Shown here one piece after another: positions 42,201-59,503 of a DNA stretch of 64,000 bases. The DNA lies in the NCBI GenBank assembly GCA_964016885.1, contig OZ024743.1, forward strand, positions 109,244,001 to 109,308,000, read 5' to 3'. The notes beneath the pieces are model-generated. The model saw nothing but the letters and a program-made list of their open reading frames with translations, did no database searches and was not told where the DNA came from. How positions within the stretch are numbered: position 1 is the first letter of the stretch; each line of letters opens with the position of its first letter. This DNA comes from Eledone cirrhosa (Eukaryota). Both the position numbers and the translations under genes were made by a program.

Positions 42201-44174
42201 CTACTTTCTTATATTTTGCTCTGATTGTTGATTATTTTATTTATTAATTCGTCATTGAGCCACATGAATGGTTGCCAAACACACATATATATATCTATGG
42301 CTCTGTCTAGTTTATGTATATGTAAATCTATATATTTTATAAACACCTGTATGGTTGAGAAACAATTTAGGCAGTATTCGGCTGCGCTTTCTAGCAACCA
42401 GCCCACTCGCCATCAGGCACCAATCCCACACATCCTGACTTGACCACTAGCCACGTGAAAGTTCTTAGCCATTTTGAATTCGTTTCTGGCGGGGATCATT
42501 TAAGAAAAATCTTTCTCGAATCGAGTTTGTTTCCTGATGATTTCGAAACTCGGGAATTTCTCCATGATCGGATATTTCCATAAGCGAATGAAACCTCCTG
42601 GGGTAGAGATATAATTTTGGTATGTGTATATACATGTTTTCTTCTAACTTTGATTTTGTACCTAATTGTGTATGATTGGCTATTTGCATAATCGATTTCT
42701 GCGGGCTATTAGAAATACTGGGTAAATCTTCTGTGGCTATCATTTATTTATCTATTGTTTCTTCATAGATGCTTTTTAAACTTATAGTCTTGTTTAATTG
42801 ATTTTTTGTGTGGATAATTATGCTGATTGGGAGCGGAAATACTCTATATATTTTATCAAATGATTCTATGTACCTACTTCCTTATATATATATATTTATA
42901 TACCACAGAAAAAAAGAATCAGTGTTTCGACGTAAGGAATTTATTGCACATATTACAATTCTATCTCGAGCGACCAGTTGGTGGCACGATCGATATAGTG
43001 ATCAAACCTGACTCTGAAATCGCGCGGTCGTCGGATACGTCTCGATTCTACGAAGCAGATATTCTTATTGTTCCTTAACATCGAATTTCTTCGTTTGTTG
43101 ATTTAGATCCTGTTTTTTTTCATTTTATGTGTGGTCAAGAATTGTACACGTCACCGGTATTTCTAGACACTCATGGGTGCCCACTTCTTGATTCTTCTCG
43201 TTCTCCTGTCAATCAGATTTCGTCATGTATAAGAATTACTACTGTCGTGGGAGAGGGGCTGTAATCTTGAGCGGCTGGCATTACTTCGACCTCTTCATTG
43301 CCCCTAGGCGCCTTAGTCTACATTGGTCAGATACACACCCGCAATTATGCTGTATGCGGCTTTTATAATAAATAATGTTTTGTGGCAATTTAAAAAAGAA
43401 ACAAATCAAAGGGATGTTTAGCATAACATTTGTAGAACACAGCCTTAGTATACACTCCACCATATAAATTTCAAAAAGAAAAAGAAAAAAGAAAAAACCT
43501 ATTTTTCAAAGAAAGCTTTCAACAGCCTTTCAAACAGAAGGGCTATATCAAATGTGTTTTCAACAAATACACCCAATTCCACGCTCACACATTGACCTCA
43601 GGGGAGCGCGCATAGCCAAGACGCCGCACATATATAGTCAGATGAGAAAATAAAAATCCATGGAAAGTCATCCGTACCCCCACGGAGACATGCTCAGAAA
43701 AATACATCGACCCAGGCATGCGCTCACCCGTGCTCATGCATGTATGTGTGGACACACATACATGAATGCAACACCGCGCTCCCACACCAGAGGCATATAC
43801 TTGATGAGTACCCCCTCATACATCTTCCCATGTGCCTCTGTGCAGATGGTGCACACATATTGTACGAAACAACGCATTTGAGGCCTTCACCCAACCCGAT
43901 GACGGCAGAGCATAATGGATTCCCCTTGCAGTTCATACATTCTGGACTCACACACGCCTTGTTGTTATGACAATACTATACATCATTTCACCTCTTTTGT
44001 TATCGATGTTGTTGATGCTCTTTTGAGAGAATAGTTTTTGCAAATGACTGATTATATCGAATAATGTATGCCATTTTTACCAGTACCACTAAAATATCCA
44101 TCCATCCACACGCACACACACGCATACACACGCGCACACTTAGGTACAGACATACAGACACACAGACAGACACA

Positions 44175-44247
<73 letters not shown>

Positions 44248-44599
44248 ACACACACACACACATACATACATGCATTTGTCTTAATAGACACCTGAACTGT
44301 TGACCACTCAACATGATTGCAACTCAATTAAACGGAAAAGGACACTGTTCGACAAACCTACATTTGGCACGACACCAGTTCGCGCTAACATCTATTTAAA
44401 CATTCACGTGACTTCTAACGACTAATCAAAATTGCTTTGACTACAAGAATTTTTGGAACACGAATTATCGCAAAATTTTTAGTGCTTATTCACGTGACAT
44501 TCAACAACCACCCACATTTTAATACCTCCCAAGCCACTTTTTTCATATAAAACAGGAGGAATTTCCAAAACAGCTCAGATTAGACCAAAAATCACGAGC

Positions 44600-44802
44600 A
44601 TTCTATCTCAAAATTATTTTTGAAAAGCATAAGAAATGCGCAACCGGTAAAAACTTAAAACTAAAACTGAATACTAACTAATACTTATTACTAATTTGTA
44701 CTGATACCTAATTAAACTATTTTTCACTGCGAAAAATTTGTCAGCATTTTGTTTTCCTTTGTACTAATGTATCACAACTCGTGTGGCACACCTCTATTTT
44801 TT
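44600..44802 (+). mobile_element. PLE pLTR-like family A, further copy (atypical HHR at ~44617-44653)
   Basis: Homologous to 16958-17162. The upstream 43500-44600 may be its 3' UTR. Confidence 0.7.
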
Positions 44803-44843
44803 TTTAATATATGTATGTATATACTATATATATATGTAAATGT

Positions 44844-45644
44844 GATAATAAGGGCGCTGCGGAGTTGCAAATGGGTTACATATGAGAAAAGTTTGTCCTT
44901 CATCAGTGATCTTCCAACTATCATAGGCATTTCATCGCTTTAAAGACCATATACCTGCGGTTGGTGCGAGCAACGGCTAAAAAATGTCGTTGGGACACGT
45001 AAATAAAGGGGACGCGAGGGTAAACAAACAAAATGGTGAGGCAACAGAAAGTGAGGAAGAAGGAGACAAGTCCCAGATTTCTATGAATTTAAGTTCGGTG
45101 AAATCGTGAACGAGAGAATAAGCCTGGTTGAAATGTGATCAAGGAAGGAATTTCGCACAGGTCTAACGGGAGGAAGAAGGTGGTCTGGCATGCGAATTCG
45201 GTAAACATAAGTTCTGTGAAATCGTAGACGAGAGAGAAAAAATTCCGACCAGCTTGGCCGAGAATGTGAGAGAAAAGAGTTACTCACAGGTCAAACGGGA
45301 AGAAAGAGGAGTAGGGGGAGAGGTAGTGACAGAGAATGAGTGAGTGAAGGGTGAGGTGAGGAAGAGGCTAACAGAGAGAGAGACTGCTAGAAAGGGTAAA
45401 GATACATAGAACGAAAAAGACGGTGTAGCAGCAGAGGCAAAAATATGTGTAAATACGATAATAAGGGCGCTGAGGAGTTGCAAATGGGTTGCATATGAAA
45501 AAAGTTTGTCCTTCATCAGTGATCTTCCAACTATCATAGGCATTTCATCGCTTTAAAGACCAAATACCTGCGGTTGGTGCGAGCAACGGCTAAAAAAAGT
45601 CGTTGGGACACGTACATAAAGGGGACGCGAGGGTAAACAAACAA
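44844..45644 (-). repeat. ~190 bp direct repeat pair (613 bp period) flanking a purine-rich spacer
   Basis: 44844-45032 and 45457-45644 are nearly identical. Confidence 0.92.
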
Positions 45645-47192
<1,548 letters not shown>

Positions 47193-47832
47193 TTATAAGG
47201 AGCCAGATTTTTAGATTTTGACTAGCTCTGCACACTCTACCCTCTCAAACATTTAAATAATTCGTGATTTGTATATAGGATATCTGTACGTCAGGGTGGA
47301 CCATAAGCGGTAAACGTCTTACTGTGGGAAGAGAATGTATACTACGAACTGTACAGTTTCAATGCTGCATCCTATGTGTAGCGGATGCATTAGCAATCAC
47401 TACACCGTGTAGCCACGTGATTTACAAAATAATTACCAGCAGCACGTGGCAAAGTCCGACTGGTTGAATACATGACTGTGGCAGTGGTAGCAATATTGTA
47501 TTGTCTCAGCATCACGTTACATTCTAAAGTGGAAGACAGAAGAGTGCTGCCGTTAGAAAAGTCTCACAACTGGTGGTTAATTTCAAATACTTTGAAAATA
47601 CGCCGAAGATCTCAACCAAATTATTTTTTTGAATAACAAAGACAGAAGTACAAAATTCGTATAAATCGACCGCATATAAAAGGAATACTGTTCAACTTAG
47701 GATTAAAGGCACGACTCTTACAGGGGAGAAAACAAACATTAACGAGCATGTATATATATGTTGGCGGGAGTGGCGTCAGTGTACATCTGTGTACATGTGT
47801 CTGTATATATAAATACCTAGCAAAGAAAGTGT

Positions 47833-48876
<1,044 letters not shown>

Positions 48877-49084
48877 TTAACGTTGCCGTTCATCCTTACG
48901 GGGTCGATAAAATAAAGTACCAGTAATGTACTGGGTAATTGCTGGCCTTGTGCCTAAAATAGAAACAGTTATATATATATATATATATATATATGCAAAA
49001 GTTTTATTTAAGATTGTTGGGTTACAACGAGTAAATATTTTATAACTGATATAAAAGCACTCAACAGTTTCTGGAGTAGGTTTA

Positions 49085-50543
49085 CGATATTAAACAAATG
49101 GAAACTATATTTATAAAACCATATTTATTTCGTTATATATATATCTGGGATATCATATTAAAAATATGGTATGCCTTCCTCAGACAAAATACAATGCATA
49201 AGCTGTTTTATAAATAATTAGTGACATACCTTGTAATAATGCAACTTCCATTTAAAAAGTTGATTTGGTAGTGAAACTGTTATGACAGTTATATAGAAAG
49301 AAAAACGAAGATGAGAAGAAGAAGATGAAGAGATGTATGTAAATAAAAAAAAAGAGAAGAAGATGAAGAGATGTATGTAAAGAAAAACAACAGAGCGAGA
49401 TAGAGAGACAAGGAGATATGGGATTGAGAAATACATTGAGGAGGTGAAAAAATATAGTAGGCTGCTTTTGGACAGATGATCTTCGTATATGTGAGAGGTT
49501 AGGGGAAGGGATACAGTTAAACTAGTGTATAGGAGAAAAAGAAAGAAAGATGATATATTTAAAATATATTAAAAATATATTATGTCTCATCCATTTGAAT
49601 TATCAATTTTTATGAATTAGGTATTATAATGTAAATATCAGTATTCATGAATGAGACACATATCCATAATGTGTGAAAAAATGACCACATGCTCAGTTTA
49701 AAAATTCTTAGGTCTATAAGCAAAATCTGAGATAAAACTTCAAACATAAGTATATATGCATTCTCGTGAAAAAAAGAGAAAAGAGAAGGTTATCTCAAAT
49801 TCAAGTTGATAAATATAGACGCACATGTGAACCTACGTGATACGCTGCACAGATTCTTATATTTCATGAAAAACTTCAATGCGTTACAAAAGATTCCACC
49901 CCACATACATTTACATACATATATACATATATATAGACATAAAATATATAAAATATATATTATGGATATGTGTCTCATTCTTGAATACTGATATTTACAT
50001 TATAATACCTAATTCATAAAAATTGATAATTCAAATGGATGAGACATAATATATTTTTAATATATTTTAAATATATCATCTTTCTTTCTTTTTCTCCTAT
50101 ATACTAGTTTAACTGTATCCCTTCCCTTAACCTCTCACATATACGATGATCATCTGTCCAAAAGCAGCCTACTATATTTTTCACCTCCTCAATGTATTTC
50201 TCTCTCCCATATCTCCTTGTCTCTCTATCTCGCTCTGTTGTTTTTCTTTACATACATCTCTTCGTCTTCTTCTCTTTTTTTTTTATTTACATACATCTCT
50301 TCATCTTCTTCTTCTCATCTTCGTTTTTCTTTCTATATAACTGTCATAACAGTTTCACTACCAAATCAACTTTTTAAATGGAAGTTGCATTATTACAAGG
50401 TATGTCACTAATTATTTATAAAACAGCTTATGTATTGTATTTTGTCTGAGGAAGGCATACCATATTTTTAATATGATATCCCAGAAATATATATAACGAA
50501 ATAAATATGGTTTTATAAATATAGTTTCCATTTGTTTAATATC

Positions 50544-50545
<2 letters not shown>
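49085..50545. mobile_element. Large fold-back element: ~580 bp near-identical inverted arms, ~290 bp spacer
   Basis: 49085-49668 is the reverse complement of 49960-50545; the paired ORFs 49218-49436(-) and 50192-50411(+) confirm this. Confidence 0.93.
50441..50500 (+). ncRNA. Type I hammerhead ribozyme with palindromic (AT)4 stem III
   Basis: TTTGT-CTGAGGA-a-ggcataccatatt-ttt-aatatgatatcc-ca-GAAA-TATATA-TA-ACGAA; the mirror copy at 49129-49188 has GATA. Confidence 0.65.
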
Positions 50546-50581
<36 letters not shown>

Positions 50582-53461
50582 GTGTGTGTGTGTGTGGGGG
50601 GGGGGTATTTCCGTAGGTGTGTGTGCGAGAGTGTATGTGTGTCTGTGTGGGTATATACATATATATATATATATATAAAACTCTGTGTTATTCCTAGGTA
50701 TCTGTGTTCGATATATTTTGTATCTCTGTATTTATGTACCATTGAATAAATCAGGGCATATAAAAATCAATGATATTAACGGAAACTGCGAAGTGACACA
50801 GACACATTAAAATCGTAAGCTGGAATGAAGTATAAAATGTCAAAATCATGAGTGTGAATATGGTTATGTTAGAGAAGTGTTAGACTAATGTCGGAGATGA
50901 ATATGTAAGAATGTTATGAATATTATTTATAGAATATTTGAAAATATATCTATTATAAACAATTGCAGTGACGGAGATTTGATAAATTCAGATCTTCAGT
51001 AATCTGTGGTGTCGTTTTTATGAGAGTCAATGCTTCAATGATAGATTGAGCGTGAAATAAGAGCATGTATGATCGATTTGGTGAGAATGTGATTGTATGT
51101 CTTTCATTAAGTTACTGTATTTCAACAGTGGACTAATGAGTAAGATAGAATGTCACTAAAATAAAGATTAATTCATTGAACGATTGATTGAGTAGGTGAT
51201 TTGATAAAAACAATGAGTGTTTGAAAAATAATTGAATGAGTTACTGAGCGAGTCTAAATATTAATTTGAAGTGTGTGACCATCTTATTGAATAAGCGAAT
51301 ACATAAATTTAATGTGAGTGTAAGCATTTTCTTGTTCTTTTCGCTAGTCAAAGTTAAAATCAATTAAACAGACCTATGACATAAGCCTTCCAGCATTGGT
51401 GAAAACAATGTTTAAAAAAATTATATCTGGTATTCCATTCTTCAATGTATGCCTTTTAGGCTGTGGTTTATTTTGTTTTTGTGGTTAATTTTACGTTTAT
51501 TTTGTTTTTGTGGTTAATTTTACGTTTATTTCTTTGAGGTCGAAAGAATCTGTAAAGACTCCATCATATCAGTTCATTTGTGTGTGTAGATTATTTAGTA
51601 TTAATTTAAAGCACTGATCATTTAACAGAGAACCGCAATTTTGATTTCCCGAACGGTGAACAACTTAACTATCTCAGAATCCTGTGAAAATCCATTTAAA
51701 TCGTTGTATGACAGCAAGGTATATTGCATGAGTCTTAAAAAAAACTCGTTTATTGTGAATGATTATAAGATTAAATGCCAAAGCATTTCTGAATATCTGA
51801 GTAAAGCTTTCAATCGGAGAAAAATATATAATGCATGAGGTGATCTGTTAAAAATATATAATGGATGAGGTGATCTATTAAAACATGGCAGAAGGATCTA
51901 ATATTGATTGGCAAAATTGTGGTAACTGAATATCGGTAGGAAGTTGCATCCTTGAGAGGTAGTGGGAGTCAATACCTAGTAGCATTTTACCTATATAGGT
52001 ATGTGAATACCATGATTCACCGAGAGTGAATTCACGAGAAGATATTGCTACGTGTCTGGAAGAGGATTAAAATGTATCAAGCATCAAGATTAGACAGATA
52101 GTTTGAGAATAAAAATGACTATTTCTAGATTTAAATGATTACTGAAACGATAGATTCATTATTTATGCTGAGTGAATGAAAAAGGCGATAGATTGACGTA
52201 TTATGATGTTTCAAATGAGAGGGGAAATTCACGGAGAGATGTCAGATTGAGTTCGCCAACAAACAAATTAATGCAAGACAATATATGAAACATTAAACTC
52301 GAGAAAGAAAAATGCGTGAATGGTTGAATGTGAAAGAGAGGAATTGAGAGATATATCGTAAAAAATAAAATATATTTTCAAACAGAAAAAAATGAATTAT
52401 TGATGAACTGCTTGTAGAGCGGACAATGTAGATTTGAATGACAATAACCCAAGGAAGAAGAAAAGTTACTTCTCTATCAATGATTGATTTGCCGAATTTC
52501 AATTTCATAGAATGATATGAAATTCGATTTTAATATCTGTAATTTCATTAATAATCTGCCTGCCGTAGTTCATTGCAAAACTATTTTCATGGTTTAATAT
52601 CGATAACCTCGTTGTTATTGCAATTTTTTATGGTGTTATGCTAACGTATTAATATTGAAGCGCTACAATAACTAGCTGTGATCCTTTATTGTGACTTTAC
52701 CAATAACACAATAATTTCGGTTTTTAAACGTACGCAACAGATTTTAATCTCCATTTATATCATGTTATGTTTTCTTCATGACACCATACTGTATAGTTTT
52801 ATAATTTAGCCACAACACCAACAAATTTAGAAGACACACTACGTCGATTACATCAACCCAATTGCTTGACTGGTACTATAATTGATCGACCCCAGAATGA
52901 TGAACGGCAAAGTTACAGAAGTTGATTTAACTCTGAATATATTGAGCCACATTTTCCGCACTGCTATTTTATCTAACACTCTACCTCTTTTACCAGACAA
53001 TTACCATTTAAATAATGATTTCAAAATTAGATACAAGGCCAGGAATGTTTAGCACAGAGGAAAGTCATTTAAAGTGATAACAGTATGTAACTGGTACTTT
53101 ATTTGACCATTGTAGAAGGATGACTCTCTTAGTTTATCTCGGTGGTATCTTCTGTTTTATAATATATTAAATGCAATTTAAAAAAAAATGATTATGAGAA
53201 CAACTTAAAAATAATAAGCGATGTAGTCATCAGTTACAAATTCGAATCATGTACAGCGAGTTCCTCGGAATGAGTTAAGTTTTCACTACAAACAAGACAT
53301 AACATATGGTTGTAATGATTATATTGGTAAATATCGAGAAGATTGAGTGTTAAACAATTCACTGCTTGAACAGTGTTCATATCTCTTAAACTTTTAATAG
53401 GATATAGAAACATATCGGCAATATACACATACATGCATGCACATATGTTTAAACATATACG

Positions 53462-53597
53462 CCATAATTAGCCGTCGAAACGGCTTGAGCTCAACCGTCG
53501 GAGTCCTACTCGTTCCTATTACCCACTCTACTACCCTAAGTATTGAGTACTTTGGTGCGTTATGGTCCACCTGGTTCCTTACCACATTTCCTTCGTT
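53462..53597 (+). mobile_element. Family C repeat copy
   Basis: Reverse complement of 48077-48200; ends in (TA)n. Confidence 0.8.
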
Positions 53598-53617
53598 ATA
53601 TATATATATATATATAT

Positions 53618-53725
<108 letters not shown>

Positions 53726-54113
53726 CTAATAATATTGTAATAAAACCGTTAGGTGAACGAATGTATATCATTCACTCAATAATTTAATTAAGCAATTATC
53801 ATTAAGATACCAACCAAAAAGTAAAGCAGAGTGGACACTGTTACGTTAAATACTGAGAGAAACGATTTTGTGTAGGTAGAGAATTTGAGAATTTAATTCT
53901 TCTGTCCCTGGACTAATGCAGTAGTTTCATTTAACCCATCTGCTGGAGACAGTCTATCGGCGGGGAATTAGCCTCTCCGTGTGTGGAATCGCCGTTACAG
54001 TAGTCAGCTCCACATACAGTGTCATATATAAATATATATATATATATTATGTAGTAATAATAATAAATTTGAAGACTAAAATCCTTATATATAAATATAT
54101 ATATATATATATA

Positions 54114-54304
<191 letters not shown>

Positions 54305-54583
54305 TATGAAGTTTGAAATAGCACGGGAGATATGTTTAAGGGTCTGTTTTTCTTTTTTGATTCGTCAAAGCGTCATTAATGAAAAGATAGTGTTATGAAA
54401 AAAATAGTGTTATTAAAAAAAGAGGGCCAATTCTTTTTTGAAACATTTTTTTTATGGAGTATATAAAGTGTATGGACAAATTACCGGTTTCGATGTATTA
54501 AAATCCATCTTGTCAAATTCAGCGAAAAAAGTTAATTAACATGGGATTAAAAAAGTGTTTAAAATTAAAATTAAAATTAAAAT

Positions 54584-54657
<74 letters not shown>

Positions 54658-54694
54658 AACACACAGAGGGTGTGAGAAAGAGATAGATAGATAT

Positions 54695-54731
<37 letters not shown>

Positions 54732-55020
54732 ATATTAAAGATACTATTTATAGTTATGTATGTATATACTATACTATAAGCAACTATAAACAGGAAAGGT
54801 CAGTAATTTATTACTACCTTATTACCATTAAGAGAAATAGCTCAATGTAAGAACATCAGTTGTTTTACAGAGCAATAATATAGATTACACAAGTATCAAA
54901 GTTATGTTTAAAACATTTAATCTCTGACAATTGATAATGCTCCGAGGACTCCAAGCCTAAGTTTGGATGAAATAATTGTAAGCGATTAAATGTTTTAAAC
55001 ATAACTTTCATACTTGTGTA

Positions 55021-55140
<120 letters not shown>

Positions 55141-55799
55141 TTATGTCTCTCTCTCACTCTATATATATATATATATATATGCGTGTGTTTATATTTGTAC
55201 GTACATAAGAAACTATATATGTTGTTAGGTACAAATGCCATATACTCACTATATATACACACAATTGAGACATGCACTTTAGCTGGAATGATGCGGGTAT
55301 TAAAGATGAAATTCATTTTGATTTTCAGAATAATCATATCTATCTTCCAGCAAAACTTTCAGTAGAATTCCTCGTTGAAAAGTTCACTAATGACATTTAA
55401 TATTCGTAAAAATAGTTCATTTTCGTACGTTCTTCTTTTAAATGTATATACTTTAAACGAAAGGAAAATGAGCATAACCTAAATCTTTACCTTAGGCTTG
55501 ACATTTCTTTTTCTAATTTCATTCTCCTATGTCGGTTTAACATTTCCTTTTGTAATTAATTGCACACATGCTGAGTTTGAATATATAAGGTGTTATACGT
55601 GGAACACATGTATCGCTATATCATTATTAATTGGGAAACCAAAGGAAATAATAACAACAAACAGAATAAAATAGAATAATGGTCAACATTTCTCAGAGAG
55701 TCGAAATTATTAGGGTGTGTACAAAAGCAGGAAACGATATCAATAGTGATAAGATGATTAGGATCGGTCACCAACATCCTAGTTTGGTCATTGTTGTCA

Positions 55800-56872
55800 A
55801 GCCGGGCCGTGGCCGCACGGGCCCTTCATGTCTAAGTTTACGCTCCGCATCTGTGTCACCGCAGTCTTCGCGCTTATCAATGAAGAAGTGGACCAGGGCC
55901 AATCTCGACGCAAGTAAGTCGGCTACGGTGCCTTTGCTAATTCCCTTTCTAGTTGTTTCCTTAATTAGCTTTCCCTCTACTCGAGCGATTTCTATTGCTA
56001 TGTCTTTACTAAACCTTATCGATTCTGCCCTAAACCCTCTTTTCAGAGCAACCTACCATGTGTTGTTGCCGATTACTCCCGTCAAAGCCCGCTTAACTAA
56101 TTCACTAACCCGTTCACTGAAGGCAGTGTGCGCTGGGACTGATGGGTTCGAGATTCCAGTAATCGGGTTCCTGTCTATGGAGCCCGTCTATATGTACCAC
56201 ACACTTTACGAATGTGTGGCTAACAACCTATGCTATCCTTGTCTATTCTCCTACATAATACCTTATCTAGCTACGATCTTAATAACTTGATGCGACCAAT
56301 CCATGTCCTCATTCGTATATTCGGGAAATCCTGTCGGTACCTGTCAGACAGTTGGAACCTTCTGAGCAGTTTTGTGAGGCTTTTATCCCCACCTGTCTCA
56401 TCCGCTAGTACCACAGAAACCCAGTCTCCCACACTAACACTAAAGAATGGAGCGTTCCTAGAAAGTTCTCCCGGCGCTTAGACGGTGGTTAATCAGGGTA
56501 GCACCACCGACTAATCTTCTGGGTCCAGAAAGATAGACACTTCTTATGGAAATTCTCCAACTGAATCGATACCAATATTTCGGTGCAGGAGTCGTCTTTG
56601 TTCGAAATAATCTAAGATTAGTGGCCCTTCCTCCTTTTTCCTCGTCTTCATCGAACATGACCTCATTCAGGATGGGCAGATCAAATGTGCGTAGCCTGGG
56701 GATATCTTGGTAGCAGAATCACCTGTTCAATTATTTAAGGTCACTGGACATAGCTGGCATTCAGCAAGACATGAGTTTCCGACGCACGAACCATCACACC
56801 TATTTTCGGTGGCTATGATATGCACGCATCTCTAAGCCGACCGGGGGTGGAGTTAGTGTGTTGTTTTAAGAA
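55800..56872. mobile_element. Decayed L1/Tx1-like ORF2 (APE region) split into two opposite orientations
   Basis: Plus strand from 56657: MTSFRMGRSNVRSL..LDIAGIQQ..GVSVLF. Minus strand from ~56560: IFLDPE..VGDW..LLRRFQLSDRYRQDFP..TW..S*LDKVL..YWNL..W*VALKRGFR. Confidence 0.65.
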
Positions 56873-56884
56873 GCGAAATAATAA

Positions 56885-57100
56885 GGATTTCTAGTATAGG
56901 CACAAGGCCAGTAATGTTTTGGGGGAAAAGCCGATTAAATCGACCCCAATACGTTACTAGTGCTTTATTTTATCGACTCTGTAAGGATACAAAGCAAAGT
57001 TAACCTCGGCTGGATTTGAAATCAGACAGTAAAGGGCCGTAACTCTATGCTGCAAAGCATGGTGTCCGACTCGCTACCGATACTGCCAATCCACCGCCCT
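56885..57100 (-). mobile_element. tRNA-derived SINE
   Basis: Reverse complement of 57220-57407, with an extra ~20 bp internal segment. Confidence 0.9.
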
Positions 57101-57219
57101 AACAAGCGAAGGTATATTGTTTTATAACACATATTTCAGGACTGAAAGTTGTAAGGAGATATTATTCGAAATAATTGTACTCTAGTGTTTTATGCGGGAC
57201 TATTACTTTAAATGATAAA

Positions 57220-57407
57220 GGGCGGTGGATTGGCAGTATCGGTAGAGGGTCGGACGCCATGCTTTCCAGCATAGTTACGTCCCTTTACGATCTGAGTTCA
57301 AATCCCGCCGAGGTTGATTTTACTTTTCACCCTTACGGGGTCGATAAAATAAAGTACCAGTAATGCACTGGGTAATTGCTGGCCTTGTGCCTAAAGTAGA
57401 AACAATT
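57220..57407 (+). mobile_element. Full-length tRNA-derived SINE with a Nin-domain-like core
   Basis: A box tggcagtatcgg, B box gagttcaaatcc, core tttcacccttacggggtcgataaaataaagtaccag. Many relatives in the window (also ~28800, 29100, 48875, 52850, 53050, 59940, 62600, 63200-63590). The Nin assignment is from recall of the motif. Confidence 0.9.
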
Positions 57408-57599
57408 AATTTAAATGATAAATTACTGAACGAGAGAATGTTCATAGCTGACCTAAGCAGAGTGTGAAATGTGTAATTAAAATGTCGTACTTAAATATCG
57501 AAACTTCAGCATTCTTCAAATATTTACTACTTTGACGCTACTCTCCGCCAGTTGCAGACTGCGCATCAACATGACATATTTGACTCCACAAATTTCGAT

Positions 57600-57960
57600 T
57601 ATCAGCAACAGAGTTTAAAGAGCAAAGATCTAGTGCAGGCCAAAGTTGACATTATCAAGCAATCGTTTTGGCTGCCAGCCTCTGCTTCTCTTACCAGCCA
57701 AACTTCCTTCCAGGCACAACCAACTCACACCACGAGTTGATTTTTTTATATGACCGTATAGTTTGAGTACTGGTGACTTGACAATTGATGTAATTGGTCT
57801 AGGTTTGGTAATGTTGAGCAGTTCACTGATACAGATACGGTCGCTGAGCCGCTTGCCAGTCATAAGTCTCATGATGTGGTTCTGGAATATAGAGGGCTTC
57901 TGAAGTGATCTTGTCATATAATTAACACAGCCAATACCATATAACACAACTTGTAGTATT
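57600..57960 (-). pseudogene. RTE-type LINE C-terminal fragment
   Basis: LYG...FQNHIMR..G..LSDRI...LKLYGHIKK...LEGSLAGKRSRGWQPKRLLDNV. Confidence 0.75.
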
Positions 57961-58778
57961 CAAATATTTATGTATGACTAATGATACAAATTATACGCTC
58001 ATTATTTGAATGTAAATATTCATTTACAATTTTCATCGTCAATAAAATACAGACAATATGATATAAAATATGATGATAAAATAAAAATAAATTTGATATT
58101 CTGTCACAAAATATCAAGATACGTAATCAATATGAATGTTCCCTATATTTTTTGCATACAAGTGAATGAAAAGGAAATGCCAACAGGTATATATTGGTGT
58201 ATTTAAGAAAGCAAAGATATTTTGCTACAAGTTACGCGCACACACGCGCGCGAACATACGCATAAATATGCATGCTTAAACACAAACACATACGCAAACA
58301 AACACACATACGTGTATATATATATACACATATGTATGCACGTATATATAAATATATAAGTGTATACATATGCATAAACCACATGCAATTCAACTCACGC
58401 ATTGTTATATGTGTTTGTGTGTTTGTGTATGCGCGCATGTGGGCGTGCGTGTGCACGTGGGTGTGTGTATGTGTTGATAATTTCCTCGCATGAACACAAA
58501 CAAATAATCCTAGGCAATGCATAAATAAAACACAATAAGTAAAACAAGCATATTATAGATTCCTTTCAGGATGTGATAACTCTCCACTTTCTCTCTCTCT
58601 ACCACCCAATATCTTTCTATATTTCTTCTTAATCTCTCCTTTCTATCTCCTCTCGGCCCCCTTACCTCTCTCATCACCAATCGCCAAAAACTATAATTAA
58701 CGATTCTGACTTCCTATTTCCATACGAATGAACGAGTTCTAGTCCTCTATAAGTCATTTCTAATATAAAATAAAATAA

Positions 58779-58934
<156 letters not shown>

Positions 58935-59503
58935 CTGTTGGGGGGGGGGGGGTATTCATTTGACATAGGTCAATTGAAAGCTCTTTTTTGCTACCTTCGT
59001 CAGGAATATGGTAAAGGCATGTCTTCCTACCAACCTACATTTCTCACGCTCACCATGTTTGCAAGAAAGCCACTGGTTAAATGCTTCTATCTTTACGTAT
59101 TTCAGGACAATAAAATCGACATATATGTATGTAAGCTTGCGTGAATGCCTGTACACCTGCTTGTATGTATATATGTTTCTCTGTATGTAAGTATGTGTAT
59201 GTGCATGTAATTATGTGAGTATGTATGATCTATATTTCCATCTAAAAGCTCTATCATTAAAAGCTTCATCTACCTATCTCTACATCTATTTGTCTAGCTG
59301 TTGAAATGGCTAGCGCTCAGTCGTCGAGAACCTCAAGGATCGAGTTATCTGTTGAGTAGTATTCCAACTAGTTTAAAACTGTTTTTATCCTGAATCACCC
59401 CCCCCCCCCCCCCCCCCGCCCTACACACACACACACGCACACACACACGCACACACACACACACCACACGCACAACATATATATATGTATATGTATATGT
59501 GTG

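Noticed and set aside
42528-42558. ttcCTGATGAtttcGAAActcgggaa as an ultra-minimal hammerhead
   Set aside because: No stem II, a 1-nt stem III loop, no palindrome and no PLE-like context; probably chance.
55679-56290. 203-aa plus-strand ORF
   Set aside because: Antisense shadow of the decayed L1/Tx1-like ORF2.
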